A stretch of 49,864 bases of DNA, from the IMG/VR virus record IMGVR_UViG_3300032247_000485, positions 1 to 49,864 of that record; one strand, 5' to 3'. Below the pieces are notes generated by a model. It saw nothing but the letters and a program-made list of their open reading frames with translations. It was not told the DNA's origin and searched no databases. This stretch comes from a virus. Its lineage: Duplodnaviria > Caudoviricetes. Below are positions 48,309-49,864 of this stretch, piece after piece. Every line of letters begins with the position of its first letter. The stretch's first letter is position 1. The position numbers and the translations under genes were made by a program.

Positions 48309-49864
48309 ATGTTCAAAATAAAAGATCTTACAGTTAAAAATTTTATGAGTGTGGGTAACACTACACAAGCGGTTAACTTTGACCGCAATGACTTGACCCT
48401 TGTATTGGGCGAGAATTTAGACCTTGGGGGAGATGACTCAGGAGCACGTAACGGCACTGGCAAGACCACTATTATCAATGCGTTGAGCTTTGCCCTTTAC
48501 GGCAACGCCCTGACCAATATCAAGAAAGATAACTTGATCAATAAAACCAACAGCAAAGGTATGTTGGTCACAATTGAATTTGAAAAGGACGGCGTTAACT
48601 ATCGTATTGAGCGAGGTCGCAAGCCCGGCATTATGAAGTTTTGGGTCGGCGATGAAGAAAAAGAAATCACAGATGATAGCCAAGGCGATTCGAGAGAGAC
48701 TCAAGCAGAGATTGAACGTATGCTTGGCATGAGTCACGACATGTTCAAGCACATTGTGGCGTTAAACACTTACACCGAGCCATTCCTGGCACTACGTGCA
48801 AACGATCAACGTGCCATTATTGAACAGTTGCTGGGCATTACACTACTAAGTGAAAAAGCTGAGAATTTAAAAGAACAAGGTAAAGCCACTAAAGATGCGA
48901 TTACCCAAGAGGAATTTCGTATCAAAGCCGTGGGTGATGCCAATAAGCGTATTGAAGAACAAATAGAAAGTTTTAAACGCAGGCAACGTATTTGGCTTGC
49001 AAAGCACGAAGAAGACTTGGATAAGTTGTTAAAGGCCTACGACGAATTATCTGAAATCGACATTGAAGCAGAACTAGTGGCACACAAAGAGTTAAGTGAT
49101 TATAATGAGAAGCGTAAAAAGATTAACGAGTTAAATTCTTGGATTAAACGTTGCGAGCTAGACGAAGCCCGTGAACAAAAAGTAATTGATCAAATTAAAA
49201 AAGAAATCACAACACTAGAAGATCACAAATGTCATGCATGTGGACAAGATCTACACGACAGCAAACATGAAGAAGTACTCAAACAAAAGCGTAAAGACCT
49301 ACAGGAAGCTGCACTACAAGCATTGGCCACAAACACACAGTGGACAGAACATACCGATGCGCTAACAGCGTTGGGCGAACTAGGTTCTCAACCTCGGGTA
49401 TTTTATGACAGAGAAGCAGATGCGTTTGATCACCGAAGTAGCATGGCAGGTATATTACAACAACTAACAAACAAGCAAGCAGAAACTGATCCATACACTG
49501 AACAGATTGCAGAAATGCAAACACAAGGTGTTGAAGAGATTACATACGATGTAATGAATGAATTAACTAATCTCAAAGAGCATCAGGACTTTCTGTTAAA
49601 ACTGCTAACTAACAAAGATAGTTTTATCCGTAAACGTATTATTGATCAAAATTTAAGTTATTTAAATGCTAGATTAGGACAATACTTAGATCGTATCGGT
49701 CTGCCGCATACTGTTAAGTTTAATAACGATTTAACTGTGGCAATTACTGAACTAGGCAGAGACTTAGACTTTGACAATTTAAGCCGTGGTGAGCGCAACA
49801 GTCTTATCTTAAGTTTGAGCTGGGCGTTCCGCGATGTATGGGAAAGCCTCTATCAACCCATTAA
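48309..49864 (+). CDS. gp46: Recombination ATPase subunit (Rad50/SbcC-like), 3' partial; not in the ORF track
   Basis: Manual translation: MFKIKDLTVKNFMSVGN, Walker A NGTGKTT, Zn hook CHACGQ, and the signature LSRGE in frame at 49779. Confidence 0.95.
   Translation, partial: MFKIKDLTVKNFMSVGNTTQAVNFDRNDLTLVLGENLDLGGDDSGARNGTGKTTIINALSFALYGNALTNIKKDNLINKTNSKGMLVTIEFEKDGVNYRIERGRKPGIMKFWVGDEEKEITDDSQGDSRETQAEIERMLGMSHDMFKHIVALNTYTEPFLALRANDQRAIIEQLLGITLLSEKAENLKEQGKATKDAITQEEFRIKAVGDANKRIEEQIESFKRRQRIWLAKHEEDLDKLLKAYDELSEIDIEAELVAHKELSDYNEKRKKINELNSWIKRCELDEAREQKVIDQIKKEITTLEDHKCHACGQDLHDSKHEEVLKQKRKDLQEAALQALATNTQWTEHTDALTALGELGSQPRVFYDREADAFDHRSSMAGILQQLTNKQAETDPYTEQIAEMQTQGVEEITYDVMNELTNLKEHQDFLLKLLTNKDSFIRKRIIDQNLSYLNARLGQYLDRIGLPHTVKFNNDLTVAITELGRDLDFDNLSRGERNSLILSLSWAFRDVWESLYQPI

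Larger units (their letters stand above)
1..49864. mobile_element. Segment of a large myovirus (T4-like/jumbo phage) genome
   Basis: Contains gp6-, gp25-, gp5-, gp53-like baseplate genes, gp55, gp47 and gp46 homologues and T4-type late boxes. Genes are dense and overlapping, and there are no host housekeeping genes. Confidence 0.95.

Noticed and set aside
1-49864. Alternative genetic code (stop-codon reassignment)
   Set aside because: The standard code gives near-complete coding density, including an unbroken 3933-aa ORF. TAG (12748) and TGA (21713) act as plausible stops.

Overview
The whole window is part of a large tailed dsDNA phage genome, a T4-like or jumbo myovirus. The giant baseplate protein and the gp55-gp47-gp46 block resemble GAP32/Rak2-type jumbo phages, but that is recalled similarity, not a database search. 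There are three blocks. (1) 1-13062, minus strand: a tightly overlapping enzyme operon of at least 15 genes. It holds five radical SAM paralogues with an N-terminal twitch/SPASM-like Cys domain, one B12-type radical SAM, four glycosyltransferase-like proteins, an NAD-dependent epimerase-like protein and an SGNH-like hydrolase. It has its own sigma70-type promoter directly after the terminator of the structural operon. (2) 13140-45307, minus strand: baseplate, spike and fibre genes preceded by repeated ATAAATA late-promoter boxes. These include a 3933-aa protein with FG-GAP-like repeats, a gp5-like spike with three predicted peptidoglycan-hydrolase domains, a peptidase-G2-type fibre, and a Gly-rich protein with a Hint domain next to a permuted papain-like enzyme. 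(3) 45348-49864, plus strand: a homing-endonuclease-like remnant, late sigma factor gp55 (probable AUU start), gp47, a seventh radical SAM gene and gp46 (partial). The best candidate for an undescribed system is the radical-SAM/glycosyltransferase glycan-tailoring operon; the second is the Hint autoprocessing module. All family calls come from visual motif recognition. No tRNA, rRNA or CRISPR array was seen.
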